Of a stretch of DNA of 59,068 nucleotides, positions 38,996 through 53,698 are shown one piece after another. The number at the start of each line of letters is the position of its first letter. Positions within the stretch are counted from its first letter, which is position 1. Below the pieces are notes generated by a model. That model ran no database searches. It was not told the DNA's origin and saw only the letters and a program-made list of their open reading frames with translations. Both the position numbers and the translations under genes were made by a program. Origin of the DNA: Lama guanicoe (lineage: Eukaryota); contig MU053399.1 in NCBI GenBank assembly GCA_013239625.1, forward strand, positions 1-59,068, given 5' to 3'.

Positions 38996-39690
38996 TACTG
39001 ACTTATGCTTCTGTGGCTTCTGATATTAATGATTTTTCAATGAGGCCTCAATTATATTTACCTTTTTAGAGAGTTTGTGTTGTCTCCACAAGAATGTGTA
39101 TCTATTCCTTTGTCTTCAGATAGTGGATGCACTCCATAATATATCCCCTAACTCATTGATCATCTTACTTTTGTCACATTTCCCACACCCTGCCCCAACA
39201 CCCGTGAGGCATCTACAATTTTTACAACCACCTATTATAACTCTTAGCTTAACCAGTCAATCAGGCATCTGGAAAATCCTCCCATGGTACTGGAAAGATA
39301 GACAAAATTTTATTATGACATCTAAGATCTTGAATGAAAGTTGTTCTAGAAGCCTAAGCGCAACAATCCAGTTGCCAGCTTCCTTCTTCTAAGTTAAACA
39401 GTTGAGAAAACTCATGTCACATTTCACATAGCCTCTTCCACATACGTACAACTCTTACCCAAGGTAAGATACTTCTCTCTCCATCTAGCACCAAATCTTC
39501 CTTGCTTAATAAAGCTAAATTTCAGAAAAGAGATGCAGCATGTACTTTGCATTGCTATATCTTCTAGAAGCTTGGAAGCTAATCACAGAAAATGCTGTAA
39601 TTTTTAGATATTATTTTAGATATAAACACAGTCATATTTCAATTCTTCCTCACAGGATAGATACTTTTGTATTCTTTACTCAGTGAATAC

Positions 39691-39691
39691 T

Positions 39692-39730
<39 letters not shown>
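39691..39730. repeat. (TTTA)n microsatellite
   Basis: About 10 tttA units. Confidence 0.9.
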
Positions 39731-40639
39731 TACACTATTATAATACTTATAATATTCTTATCACTTTGCATTTATCAAGATTCTCAAAATATATGTATCC
39801 ATTAAGTTTGGCTTCACTAGAATCAAACTACTTTTTTCATTTTTTGACCACATTTCTCTGTAATATAAATCAAGCACATAGAATTTGTCTAGAGGTCAAT
39901 TATTCACAAATCTTGTTACGATTTAGATTTAACTAGAGGCCAGTTATTCACTGATTTTGTTAAGGCTACACGTTTATAAGTTAAACAATTGTTTCTATGC
40001 TGCTATGTTTTGCCTTTGCATTAAAGTTTTGACTGTAAAGGCAAACAAAAGAGAAAACATGAAATCCTTTCTTTCTGAAAATAAATTTATTTTGAAAGGT
40101 GTTTGACATGGAAATCCTTGGCAATGTTTTGTATTTGATACCTTATGACACTACCATTTTTATTTTTTGAGCTTTTCTATAAACTTATAATATCAGGGAC
40201 CCACTTGACATAATAATTATAAGCTCTATTATGAAACTTCAAATATCAGACTTGCTTGGTGTACAACTGACTCAAAATAACTGGTTGTTAGTAATAATTC
40301 AATTAACTACAATGGAGTTTCATGAAAGATGCAATTGTCAGACATTGAATTGCCTTAAACACGAAGGGAATAAAATCATTACTCATGTTTAAGAAGTTGA
40401 CGTGGAATATGGGTTCAATAAATGTATGATAAATATTAGCTAGCCTGGTGGTCAGTGTGCTATTGACTCAAATAATTATATTACCAAAGTAGAAATATAA
40501 GCTAAAATTTCCCCAATGCTTTGAAGAGATAAGCAAGAAAATACAATTCAACTACATATCTTTAGAATATTTAATTTTATGTCTCATCGTAATACAGAAC
40601 ACTAATCAGAAATGACATCATACCTGAAATGAATTTCTA

Positions 40640-40815
40640 TTAAATCAGGATGATGGTGTTACCCTTCTCATAGGGTTGTTTTGAAGATTAAATAAGTCAC
40701 ATTAAACAATGTATTAAATAACACACTCACATATATACGTGCACATACACACACACACACACACACAGAACAAAGCCTGGTACATAGTAAATACCCAAAA
40801 ACAATGATTATTATT
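40640..40815 (+). mobile_element. MIR fragment with internal (CA)n
   Basis: 'ctcatagggttgttttgaagattaaataag' and 'gcctggtacatagtaaatac'. Confidence 0.6.
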
Positions 40816-43800
40816 GTTTCTATAATTAGTCTATTCTTATATTATATTATATCTATAATTAATCTATTTCTATATTACTCTATTCTTATCATTACTGTAT
40901 TATTTCCTTATAATTTCAATATGCACTTAAGCAATTATATTCAAAGTAAAGAGAGAGAGAGAGGGAAAGATCCTGGTTATGAGAGAATATTACCATGTTA
41001 ATAGAAGTAAATTTCAATAAGGTGAATCAGAAGTTCAAGTTTACTCACTATCTGTGAAAAGTGATCCCAGAGGTTCTCTGGGGGAGAATTCAACTCAACA
41101 TGTTCAATGAAAATGTGTGGGTTGGCTTTCTCACCTGTTTACACACTAAGAGGTGTATATGAGAAAGCGAAGCAATGCTTCTTGTTCTGAAATCAATCAG
41201 CTGAGCTGCTCACAACTTCATTTTATAACAGTCAGTGATGTTTTCATTACACGTATCTTGCCCTTAGACTTTTCAAGGCACTGTATCATGCCTCAAGGAA
41301 TCATTGCAGGGTGACCATAATTCTGCGTCTCTTTGCTGCCTCTCCGTTTGTGACCAGTGTCTCACAGTGACATGAAATTCATCATGTGCAACACTGAAAC
41401 TCCCAAGTCCCCTGTAGTAATAAATTGCATCACTATGTGTAATGGTCCCAGCCAGCAATCAGAAAATCATCCTGAATTCTCTTTGTGTCTGCCTTTTCCA
41501 CGTGCAAATCACCATCTCCTACCTATTTAACCCACGTAAATGCCTCTCCTGGGTTCTCCCTTCTCATGGGCTGCATACCACGAGTGGCCGTGGTGGCTCT
41601 GAGGCATTCATTCTACTCTTCTCTTCTAATTAAATAGACCAGTATGGATGTAGCAACACCTGCATAATTTTGCGTGCTTTTCAACTCTCCTTGAAGCCAG
41701 CAGAGTGTAGCCAATGGAGTAAATTTGAACAACTGAAGAGTCCTGGGCCTGGAGGCACACGCCTTTCTTGTACCTTCATCTTACTAGTTGGAATTTGCAT
41801 GTGATGATGCGGGGTTCTGCGTTCCTCCTGGAAGAGCTGTACAAGGAACAAAGCCCTGGGATTCAGGAACAGAAAGCTGGGAGTCACCATAGAGTTTACT
41901 ATTGATCATGACAATGTGGGGGTATTTGTATGAAATAACTCATCATCAAATGGTCCCAAAAATTGATTTTAGAAGGGAAAAATCAGAAGAATAATATTTG
42001 TGATAATTCTTTGCCATCTTTAACATTCCTATTAGATCATAAATTTTTGAAGATCATGAATTTAGCATAATTTTGGTATGTTTTATTCAAAATGATTAAC
42101 ACGTGTTTCATGAGATAGAAACTGGAAGTATTATAATATTATAATGATAATTAAAGTAATTTTCTGCCTCCAACTAGCCCCCACATAAATATAATTTGCC
42201 CTGTATCAGGTTATTCTTTTTAGAGCAGTTTTAAGAATCCAAATAATTCACTGATTTACATTCCAAGTACATTCCCCGAAAGAGAGAAAAAAAGGAAAAG
42301 AAAGAACAGAAAAAAAACTCCCATCTTTAGTTTTCGTTTCTAATAAATCTGAAATACTCATTTTATATACAGCATTGTCTTTCTTGCATTTTTGCCCACA
42401 CCCACATCCTTTCTCCCATAAATGTCTTCCCTACCATTTCTTAGGGCTTTGTGGACTTCCACCCTGTAATATTTTATGTTAAATCCTTCTTCTGTGATTC
42501 CCTTGTTCTCTTTAGATCTTTCTTACTTGCTTTTCTTTCCTGCTTGGAACTAGACAGCTCTGTCAGGATATTGTATGTGATCAGTAGCTGCATTGTCAAT
42601 GTTTAGTTGGACTCTGCACACTGAACATGACCTCAGCATCTCTTCTTCCCTTGGTACCCGAAGTCTCCCAAACCCCACATGTCTCAAACCATTCCACTTT
42701 ATCAGTATCCCCGTCCCCAAGACAGAACATTCTTGCTGAGTCTTTTCACGTCTAACACACTAGCCTCACCAGCACCTCAAGGATACAAGCAACACCCTCC
42801 ACTATGGTGACTGGCTTTTGCTCACACCATTCAGGAGTCTGCCACGGTATCACTTCCTCCAGAGTGATTGAGAGACGTGGGGTGATGCCAAACTCCATGC
42901 ATTTGCTTCATTATAGCTAAGGGTTTGCAGGGAGGTGCAGGATGAATGTTTTGGGAGGAGGAAGGACATATGTGGCCTCTGGGAGACAAGAGAGCTGCCC
43001 CTTGATAGGGCAACATGGAAAACCGTGTCTCCGTGGGGCAGCCAAAGAAGGAAGCAAAGGAAACATGATGAAATAGTTTGTGTGGAGAAAGGTGTGTTCA
43101 CTGAGACAGACCAGGATTTCCTCTGGGTACAGCAGAAGAATCCTCTTGTCACAGGGATAAGGGATCTATACCAGCATTGCCTATACAAAGTGAGATTGAA
43201 CATTTGACGCAGGGAAAACCAAAAACTGCCTTCTCTGACCGCTTTCCTGTAATTCCTCCTTTTCTTAGCATATTTTATTTCCACTCTTCAGGGCCTGAGA
43301 GAACACTGTCTGTTAGAGGATCTGTGCATGGCCTGTCCCTTACGCTAGGTAGATGCTCCAGGACAGGCCACTTGGAGGGGTTTCACTTGCTGCAAAGTTG
43401 AGAGTCTCCTGGGTGTTTGGGCATCGATAGAGAAACCCAATTATTCCCCAGACTGCCTATTACATGGAGGCAAACTGAAAACATGGACTTGGTGTACCTA
43501 AGTGATTCTGTTTGTTTTCATTTTGAGTAGATTCATGAGTCGATCAAAGGATCAGCCAATAAATTGAGTCTGTAAGTGAACGGAGTGTAAAACATTCAGT
43601 CAGTGCACTTCCTTAACACATAATTATTTTGGCAGCTAAAACTCATTGGGCAGTTTTAAATGTCACACAAGATTTCAAGCATCTTCCATTCATTAGCATG
43701 TTACAATTATTACTTAATCATCAAGAGCTGCATGGGACCCACAGGCATCAAGCAGCATTTCCAAGGCTGTTCAGGTTCATCAAGAATTCAAGTCCTAAAG

Positions 43801-44303
43801 TTCTGGTCTCCCATCTCACATTGTAAAGTACTGTTTCCTGAAAACTTCTATTTCACCCAACAAAGGGTCTCAATTTGCCGATATCTTGTTCTTTCTTTAG
43901 GAAAGACAAAAAACAGCTAGTTCACTTAGGTGTGTGAATTGCAGGGGCAAGGGAATGCCCCAGTCCCACTTTTAAGACTGGCCCTTTCATATACATAAGC
44001 TTTTAAAAATCAAACAACTGAATTGAGATCTGCGTGAAGGTGGGCCATGGATTTTGCCTCATAAATGCTTCCATGTTTCAAAAATCAGGATGTAAAACAA
44101 ACAATGTTGCTTGCCACACCAATTCTACAAGGATCCAGGCATTAATCAGTTGCCTGCCAACAGTGTTTCCAGAGGCCAATTCAGGATGGAAAAAACAGGA
44201 AGCATTCCATGCTTTGGCTATACTGGCCTCTACATAGTTAAGATATGTATTCAAGAAAATGAATTTCAGATGACCCTAGATTCTTGCATCTTCCTATACA
44301 TTG

Positions 44304-44813
44304 TGTCAAATGAAGGAAAAACAATGCACAGCCTTAAAGTTGAGAATCATATTTCATTTGGCAGACTTCCTGAGGATTTCAAGCTGAGGAGATAGCCCTT
44401 CCAATAGCTCTAAGGGACTGCTCCAAAGAGGTAAGGGAGGAGCCAGGATATATGGCAGTTTTTACAACAAAGATCAGGTAGCTGGAACATCCAAAGATTA
44501 CTATTAAAGAAAACCAGATATCTCAAGATAAGGAATTTAGCACTTTTTTATGTATGGGAAAATGCCAGAGTCTGGGCTCACTGAAATCACTCCTTTGATG
44601 CGCACCTAGCTAGCTAGGGCCAGCATCCTGTTCTCGCCCATCCTGAGTCCCTCAGGGCACATGGTTGGGGGTGGCTGAGTGGCTGACTGCTTGATGGCGG
44701 GCATCCTGTTTCCATTCTGAGTTCCCTCAGGGCTCACCATCAGGGGTCTACTGCAGCGTGATGGCTGCAACATCCTTTGTTTACTGATATGCGGGCAATA
44801 TTTTGTACTCACA
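44304..44813 (-). mobile_element. ERV1 solo LTR (artiodactyl MER41-like family)
   Basis: TG...CA termini, 4-bp near-TSD attg/atag, and the reverse complement is homologous to 53699-54182. Confidence 0.75.
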
Positions 44814-45799
44814 ATAGAAAAACACTCAAATCAGTAACCTGAGATACCTGTTATTTGTAATTAACTGGCATCTTTTAATGCTTTACTACATTTCCCAACC
44901 AAAAAAAAAAAAAATCACATATACTGTCACTCCACCTTAGTGGATATTACTTTAGTGGATTAGTTAATAGTACCTTAAAGGGACTATTACAATATTTACT
45001 GAAATTATCTGTTGATCAACGTATGACTATGTTTAGAGGAACAAACAAGGCTTAAAATACAGCAAAATGGAATTTAATGGCTAAATTCCATTACAGAATC
45101 TGAAACACAGCATTCAGGTATGGACAAATACAGCAACTAGCCTTTCTCCTAAATCTCTAAGTGCCACTTGCAAAATATCCCAGGAACCTGCAAAACTGGT
45201 TCTGTCCCATGATCCCTGATATCATCTCCTGTCGATCATTCTCCCTTTTAATTCATGTGAGATGGAGAAAACTATTTTGACTAAACTGCTATTCAAAAAT
45301 TCAAAAATTTTAAACCACTGTCTTATACTTGACTTTATATTCAAATGCTATATTTTTGGAGAGCACATGCATACACATTTGTAAATATATAGATGTACTA
45401 AACAAATACATACAGAACTATTTTCTTTGCAAAACCAATGGCATCTTTAAATGTACCAAAGAACTTGGCTGAAAATTATTGTAAGTATATCTTCATTTAC
45501 CAGTGGAAGATAAGAAATATGCCATGAACATCCAAACCTTAAATTTGGTAACCTATTTTTTCCTTCAACTTTGGTCAAAGTGTACCTATAAGAAAAAAAT
45601 TCCTTCAGATTTCAATGGCCTGATTCCACCCATGGAACTGGAATCTTCTGTTATAATGAAAAATTAAAATAAACAAACAAATATACTTACAGTTTCAAGC
45701 CCAATGGAGGTGGTGGAAGAGATTTATTATATATATACCCAGTTCAAAGAGAATTAATATTGAAGAGTTAAATAATCACAGAAATGTAAGAAAATAAAT

Positions 45800-46685
45800 A
45801 ATAATAAAAATAACCCAATATAATTTTATTTAAAAATGCCAAATATTGCTATGAACATCATATATTATCAATAAACAACCAAATTGTCTGTGCCTTAAAG
45901 TGTATCTATATTTTTTTTTCCAAGTCATAATGAATAATTCACAAGAAAGATACACAAACAGGCAATAAATTAATGCAAAAGTCCGCAGCGTCATTACACA
46001 TCAGGGAAACACAAATTAAGACCAAATGACTCACCACATGAGGCAAAATGCGACAAAATGCAAAAGCTTGGTAATACCCACAGTTTCGCCAATTTGAAGC
46101 AACTGCTACTCAAGTGCTTTGCTGATGGGACTTTAAAATCTGACACCTACTCTGAAAAACAGATTACTAAAAAGTTAACCATGCATTAACCAAAAAAGTA
46201 AACACATAGGCTCCCACACACACCAAAAAATGGTTAATAGCAGTTTTAGTCATAACTGTTCCAGATGGAAAAGAGCCCAGATGTCTATCAACAAAACAGC
46301 GCCTAAAGCAATGGGGACACTTGCCAACAAAGAAGCGTGATTCAACAATTAAATAAACAAAAGCAAACTGCTGGTAGAAGTAAAACTGGAGAAATCTTCA
46401 AAAACATATTAAGCTGAGAGAAAGGCACAAGATACAAGAAAAATGCCTACTGTATGTTTTCACTGATAGGAAATTCTAGGAGAGGTTAAGCCAATGGAGA
46501 GATACAAATGGCGTCAATGTTTGCCTCTCGGTTGAGGGGTTTTACCGGAAAAGGGCATTTGGGTGTGGTTTGCAAAGGGATTAGTTACAAGAGCATGGAC
46601 AGTTGAAACTGATTGAAAGGCACCCTTCAGATGTGAGTGTTCTGGCGTCTGTAAATTATACCTCAATTTTAAAACTCAATAAACT
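45800..46685 (+). mobile_element. Old L1 (L1MC/ME-like) 3' fragment
   Basis: 'catcagggaaacacaaattaagacca', 'agagcccagatgtctatcaac', ends 'gtaaattatacctcaattttaaaa'. Confidence 0.65.
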
Positions 46686-46969
46686 TTAACATCGTTTGAC
46701 CACTCTATTTATTCTTTGAACAGATATTTATGCTGAGGTGTGGTGTAGACATATTTTAATAGTGATTTGCAATGAGCAGATTTTTAACAATCCACAGTTT
46801 GATTTGTTGATGATGGAAGAGTAAATCATCCCAAAGCGGAAGGTCCACCTGCATCTTGAAGCAAAGCAGAAATAACAGGCAGAGAAATGATGTATATATA
46901 ACCTCAGTCAGGAAAACCCGCTACATTCACTTCTTACAACTTCGAACTTTGGGGCAAATCAGTGTCATC

Positions 46970-47908
46970 TTAATCATGACTTAAGGCAGCACACTGATCC
47001 ATACACTTGCTCAGGGCTCCCTTGACCTCGCTATTCCTCAAACTGTAGATGAGGGGGTTCAGCACAGGGGTGAAGACTGTATAGTAAACTGACATCACCT
47101 TATCGTGGTTTGCTGACCTGTAGGATTTGGGTCTCATGTAGGTAAAAATGGCAGCTCCAAAAAAGAGTCCCACCACGGACAGATGTGAGGAGCAGGTGGC
47201 ACAAGCCTTCTTGTGGGCTTCATTAGAACGCATCTGGAGAACGGCAGTGAGGATGAGGCCATAGGAAGTCAGGATGAGGAAAAGGGGGACCAGGAGCATC
47301 AGCACACAGCACATGTACATGACGTCCTCAAAGACAGACGTGTCAGCACAAGCCAAACGCACCAGCATGGGGGCCTCGCAGAAGAAATGGTCGATCTCAC
47401 AAGCACCGCAAAATGGGAAGCTCAGGACGGCAGCAGCCTGCATGAGCCCATCAGCCGCCCCCAGGAACCAAGACCCCAAAATCATCCTCAGGCATGACTG
47501 CCTACTCATGAGGACTGAGTATCTCAGTGGGTGGCAAACAGCGACATAGCGGTCGTAGGACATGGCTGCTAAGAGGAAGCACTCACCCCCTCCCAGAGTG
47601 AGGAAGAAGAAGATCTGCAGCCCACAGCCAGCCGGGGAGATGGGCTTCCTGTCAGTCAGGTAGTCAGCAGCCATTTTGGGCACGATGGTGCACACCAGCA
47701 TCAGGTCCATGAGGGAGAGTAGGCTCAGGAGGAAGTACATGGGCCTGTGGAGCCGGGGGTCCAGGAGAATCAGGAGAAGCATGAGGGCATTGCCCACGAG
47801 GGAGGTGAAGGCCATCATCAGAACCATCACAAAGAGAAATAAATGGGCTCCTGTGTGGTTAAAGAGACCTAGGAGAATGAACTCTGACGTCGTATTCCAG
47901 TTTCCCAT
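46970..47908 (-). CDS. OR2T8: Intact OR2T8-like olfactory receptor, 312 aa from ATG 47908
   Basis: [65 protein letters not shown] and C-terminus [12 protein letters not shown] resemble human OR2T8/T12/T33. The track's start at 47920 is TTG. Confidence 0.88.
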   Translation of the reverse strand: MGNWNTTSEFILLGLFNHTGAHLFLFVMVLMMAFTSLVGNALMLLLILLDPRLHRPMYFLLSLLSLMDLMLVCTIVPKMAADYLTDRKPISPAGCGLQIFFFLTLGGGECFLLAAMSYDRYVAVCHPLRYSVLMSRQSCLRMILGSWFLGAADGLMQAAAVLSFPFCGACEIDHFFCEAPMLVRLACADTSVFEDVMYMCCVLMLLVPLFLILTSYGLILTAVLQMRSNEAHKKACATCSSHLSVVGLFFGAAIFTYMRPKSYRSANHDKVMSVYYTVFTPVLNPLIYSLRNSEVKGALSKCMDQCAALSHD

Positions 47909-49039
47909 GATTTCCAGCAAGATGGAGAAATAGATGAGGTTACATGTACATATAACATAGCAAAAAAAATTTAACTCTATTAAAATCAGTTAATTCTTGT
48001 TGACATCCATTCGTCTAGGGAGGCATTTTCACTTTGCAAACAAGAAAACTTACATCCTTAGTCCTAGGAACTGTGAGTATCGAGGCTGCAGGTAGAAACA
48101 TAAGTTTATTTAGAATTGTTAGTTCATTTAGTTTAACTTTGCCAAGCTGTGCATTGAAAACAGTAATGATCTTCTTAGAATATGTTCTCCCAATATAACC
48201 CTCTAATACTGAAGGGAAACTGTAACTGTAAAATGACGTTTTGTGTAACGAGATCTGTCCTGGTCAAAATCATAGAAACATAATCTTTACTGGGTGAAGA
48301 AGAGAAAATAAAACTCCTTACTTCTTCACCCAACCACAGAAATAAGTGGTTCTTCTTCAGTTCTAAGAGGACCTAAGTCCTTAAAGGTATTTTTGTCTCT
48401 GATCTCCTGGAGCTGAAACTGCCCTAGCTTGTTGAATAAATACAATCATACCTGCAGAAATGAGGAGGATGCTAATTCAGTATCAAAGATACGGTGTGAT
48501 TCAGCGATGTTACAGGGCAGAGGGAGTCCATCTCTTCCACCTCCCTTTACCCCCACTTTTTACATTCATCCCATACTTGACTGCCAATCACGATGGAGAA
48601 AGGAAGTGCAAAAAGGGTCACTCAGTCCCGAACTCCATTGCGTCAACACCACCTCTGTACTGACAGCATTCTACCTGAGGGTTTTAGTTGATTGTTTTAA
48701 AGTTAGATGTCATGGAAATACACTTCTTCCTTGTCAAATGTATTTCACATTTGCCAAAACTTTGTAATCTGCACAATCTCATATATCTAACATGCAGTTT
48801 GAACCACTAGTAACTATATGCAATTCTTAATTATAGATATCGGTATTGCTCTTCTGAAGGACTTCAAACCCTTCTAACTTTTTTTTTTGACACAAGACCT
48901 TATATTCCATTATTTCCATCTCTTTTTAATTGTTGAAGATTGACAGAATTTTAAATCTATTTAAAAATTAACAGGTAACTAAGTATAACTGGAGGATGTT
49001 GGGCAAGTGTGTTAAATTAATTTTTTGATGCCATCTTAC

Positions 49040-49460
49040 CCATTTTTAAGTTTATTGTCAATACTGTGGCATTAAATATTTTCATATATTTGTGAACCCA
49101 TCACCAATATGAATGCTCAGGACTTTTTTCATCTACTCAGACTGAAATCCACTGAACAAGAACTCTCCATTCCCTTCTCCCCAGGCCATGGCAACCACTG
49201 TCCCACTTTCTGTCTCTATAAATGTGACTATTCTAGGAACATCAGATAAGTGAAATCATACAGTATTTGCTTTTGCTTTTGTTTTTTGATTGTTTTTTTT
49301 TCACTTGTCATTATGTCCTCAACGTTCATCCATGCTGTAACATGAATCAGAATCTCCTTCATTTTAAGGCTGAGTAATATTCCTTTGCATGCATGTACTG
49401 TATTTCACTTATTAATTCCTTCCATCTATGGATACATGTGTTGCTTCCAATCTGGTTTCA
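49040..49460 (-). mobile_element. L1 3' UTR fragment
   Basis: 'ccatggcaaccactgtcccactttctgtctctataaatgtgactattctagg', 'gttcatccatgctgtaacatg', 'ttttaaggctgagtaatattcc'. Confidence 0.8.
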
Positions 49461-49650
49461 TATTTAACATTCATTTAGTGGGATATTTGATAACATATAT
49501 TCATTATTTTTCATTTTGATATGGTAAACGTATATAGCCTAAAAGTACAGCAATCTGAGATAACTTTCTGCTTATGTCATGCAAGAGAATTTCAGATATT
49601 TTAGGTAATAATTACAACTTATGTGAATTTTCAATTTAGAAAACACATTT

Positions 49651-49736
49651 ACTTTTTTTTTAGTTTTATTGAGTTAAAGTCAGTTTACAATGTTTTGTCA
49701 ATTTCCAGTGTAGAGCACAATTTTTCAGCCATACAC
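49651..49736 (-). mobile_element. Very short (86 bp) 5'-truncated young L1 3' end with TSD
   Basis: Poly-T then 'ttattgagttaaagtcagtttacaatgttttgtcaatttccagtgtagagcac', with 13-bp TSD agaaaacacattt (49638-49650) / agaaaatacattt (49737-49749). Confidence 0.75.
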
Positions 49737-51744
49737 AGAAAATACATTTTCTAATGAAGTTTCTACTTGTGTTTAATATTTTATCAAATATGAAATAATT
49801 AGGTCAACTTTTCAGCAGACATGAGTAATATATCTACACATTTTCTTTTCCGGTGAAATAAATGTATAAAATAATCAGTCAGCACAAATGTAACTGACTA
49901 GTCAGCATACTAATAGTGTTTAGATTATTTAATGGAAAGGTCAACTAAATGTGTCAATAAGTGGTACATAATTATGCTTTCCTAAGATGTGACAGTGTTT
50001 GATCGATTGTTTAATTAAAATTCTTATCTACCTTTTCATATTACGCAAGTGAGACTAGCTGCTACTAATTAGAATGTTTGTAAACCTATGCAAAGTGGAT
50101 TCTAAGGAATAATTTCTAACAAAATTGACTACGGATACAAAATGTGGTAAAAATTCTAAATGAGGAATTAAGTCATCTTGCAAATAAAATATTTACAATG
50201 ACACTAAGTGGAATCATAAAAGCTCACCTCTTACTACAGGAATAGGAATATTTAAGACTGTAAAGATAAATATTTCCTTCTTTTTCTTGATCATGGCTTC
50301 AGAACACTAGACATTTTTTGTCTTTTCTTCTTAGAATGGTGCTAAAATTGTTATATCTTTAAATTATAAACTCATCTCTTTTGCAATGCTACCATAGGCA
50401 CAAAATATCCTTTCTGTTTATTTTTCCATGGAGTAACCATAGACTATTAAGAAAACTGCCTATAATTTTTCTTTCTATATTTTTCTGATCCTTGTTGCCC
50501 TCACTTAACATTAAAACTATCATTTCTCCCCAGGATACTTGGATGATTACTCAAACTATTCTTTAAAGAATAAAATAGTAGCAGTCAAATCATTTATGTG
50601 ACAGAATTGACAGAGTCTTACAAGTGTTTTGACCTGATGTGTGTGTCAGCTAACATTCGTTTTAGTTCTGCAGCTTGTAGGATAGATAATAGAATGGATT
50701 TTATTTGTAAGACTATACAGAGAAGGTGGTAAAACTGGATTTTGCTGGAGTTCAAATTTCATAAACAAAACTAATATTTTTTAATGACATACTCACATAA
50801 GATAAAAATAATGAACTCCAATAGCCTGGGTCTGCATCCCCTCTGAGCAGCATCCTCCTAATGTCCCTCTTGGAGTGGAGAAAGCTTCTTTTAATCTTGC
50901 AGCTTCAAACCTGCTCATATTAGTGTTGGGAGTCACCTATTAAGGGGTGGGGCCTATTCCCATCTTATGTTAAAATTACTGTCTTATTACTATGTCAGAG
51001 CTGCAAAACCATGACTCTTTGGATACCAAAGATACTTAATTTTCAAGGATTTTATAGATTTCCAGAACTTCAATATACTTTCCCTATATACATTCAGAAG
51101 GTTATAATTCATTAAAAATAAGAAAAAAAAACACTTATAAGAAAATGTGAAATGTAAGTAGATGTCTTTGGAAAAGGATGATGATTTAAAAATACATTAA
51201 GCAGTGGATTAATCTGTTTCTGCCAATACTTGTTAAAACTTTGATACACAGGGAAGATTAATGAGTGTGTCGCTGAGAGACAACCTTTGGTCAAAAGTAC
51301 TAATTAAATTAATAACGCCTATGGTAGGATTTATCAATTTTTTATTTTTGAATTTTGTTTGATACAATTGCTATGAGTTATGTTTCTATTAATTTGTTTC
51401 TTTGTAACATAATTTTATATTTTACATGTTTATTTGTGTCTGAGTAATAAAATGCTTGATAATTGCAAAGACAGTTACAGCAGATTACATCTTTGATGCC
51501 AACAGCCATGCAGTTTGATTCTATCTGGTCTAAGTTTTATGATTTTATTATTATATAACTTTATATTTTCAGTTCCCAGGGAAAGCGTGGTTCTTGGCTC
51601 CATTTTTACCACTCTTGTGACCTTGTCTTTTCTAAGAGTAACTATAAGCATCATATAACATAACTATAAAAATTTTTTTCAATATCTCTCTCTCATGGAA
51701 TAGTTGATGGGAAATGCTGGAAGGAAGTACATGCCTGTTACTCA

Positions 51745-51940
51745 GATATTCTCATTAGTGCTGACCAGGTAATTTCAGACTGACTGGTTAAGATTATATT
51801 TCTTGGACAGGCTGAAATTGCAATTAGGTTAGATACTAAGTCTCAGTTTGGTGACATGTGTTTAGCACAAATACCCCAATTTTTTTTTTTGTCTCTTGTC
51901 TTTTTTTTCTTCTTTTTCTTCTTTGCTCCTTTTTTAACAA
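51745..51940 (-). mobile_element. LTR fragment, same family as 19975-20390
   Basis: Direct sequence similarity to 20231-20350. Confidence 0.6.
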
Positions 51941-52509
51941 GACTTAACTACGAAATTATGGAAATTTAGGACACTAATTACAGGAACTGAAAAGTAAAAA
52001 GGATATTTAGAAATATTTAGGAGGTAAAATTATGATGATTTTGTGATTACTTATCTATGGAAATGAGACAAGAGGTCAGGTTGGGGCCCAAACATCTCAT
52101 TGGCTCTAATTTATATGACACGTATGTGTTTGCTCCTTATAATGTATAATAAATAATATATAATCATATAAAATAAATAATCCAAAAGTATTTAATGACT
52201 GATAGTCATTTGTTCCAAGAAGCAACTTTTATTCTCCTCCCTATTTTAAAAGTGAGTAAAATGTGTAGCAGAGGTTAACTAAATCTTGCAATAAGAAGAC
52301 AATTTTTTTTCACATAATTGACCTACACTTTGTTGTATGAAGACACTACTCATTCATCAAAATAGGAAGAGAGGGAGACATACTCTTTCCCCTTTCCATA
52401 AATCAAACTTTGTTAATTGCATCTATACGAAAAATCTAAAAGCACACAGTGTGCATTATAGAAGCATCCAAATAGATACCATTTGATTTAAAATTTGCCT
52501 CTTCCAGTA

Positions 52510-53698
52510 AAAAACACATGGAGACTAAACAACATGTTATGAAAAACCAAAGGGTCAATGAAGAAATCAAAGAGAAAGTCAGAAAATACCTCAAGACCAG
52601 TGAAAATGAAAACACAGCTCTCCAATATCTATGGGATGCAGCAAAAGTAGTTCTAACAGGCAAATCGATAATGATATAGGCCTCCCTCCAGAAAAAAGGA
52701 AAATATCAAACCATTTAACCTACTGCTTAAAGAAATTAGGAAAAGAACAAAGATCAAAGTCAGCAGAAGTGTGGCAATAATAAAGATGAGAAAGGAGTAA
52801 ATGAAATAGAGAGACAAACAAAAGCAGTGAGAATATTAGCGAAACCAAGAGCTGATTTTTTGGAAGGAAATACAAAACTGATAAAACTCTAGCAAGGCTC
52901 ATCAAGAAACAAAGAGAGAGAACCCAGGTAAACACAACAATAAACAAAGTTAAGAAATGGAAGAGGAAAAATAGCAATATCACAGATACAAAAACTTACC
53001 AGAGAATACTATAAATATGTCAACAAGCTTGACAACGTAGAAGAAATGGACAAACGCCTAGAACTTACAACTTGCTAAGATGAGTCAAGAGGAAACATAC
53101 AATTTGAACAGAAGAATGACTAGTAGCAAAATTTTTAAAAAATCAAATATACAGTGGCCCCAAACTGGACAGCTCACAGAGGAATCCCATCAAACATATA
53201 AAGAAGAAGTAATATCTATCCTTCTCACAGTATTCCCCACCCAAAAAAAAAAAAAATTGAAGAGGACGGAGGATGGAACACTCCCAAATTTATTCTCCAA
53301 AGCCACCATTTTCCTAACACCGAGACCAGACAAAGATACTATAAAAATATTACAGGCCAATATCTTTGATGAATATAGGTGCAAAAGTCCTCAAAAATAT
53401 TAGCAAACCAAATACAATAATATATTTTTTTAAAAAAAAAAGATCATACACCATGATGAAATATGGTGTACTCCAAAGATGCAAGGATAGTTCAATATTT
53501 GAAAATCAATGTGACACACCACATTAAAAAGGGGGAGGATAAAAATTACATCATCAAATAGAAGCAGACAAAGCAGTTAAAATTTTCAACATTCTTTCAT
53601 GATAAAAACACTCTTTCAAAGTTTTATAGAGGGAACATATCTGAACATCATAAAAACTGCTTATGGCAAACCTAGAGCTCACATCATACTCAATGGTG
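52510..53698 (+). mobile_element. L1 ORF2 fragment (post-endonuclease to RT start)
   Basis: 'ctatgggatgcagcaaaagtagttcta', 'gaagaaatggacaaac', 'caggccaatatctttgatgaatataggtgcaaaagtcctc'. Cut off by an LTR at 53699. Confidence 0.85.

Noticed and set aside
42850..43284. 144-aa and 90-aa ORFs in a purine-rich stretch
   Set aside because: No protein similarity recognised; probably a degraded MaLR/LTR fragment that I cannot confirm.
50770..51590. H-element/Greek-island-type OR enhancer motifs (ttttaatga ~50778, ttcccagggaa ~51573)
   Set aside because: The motifs are imperfect, far apart and expected by chance in AT-rich DNA, and no composite Lhx2/Ebf cluster is seen.
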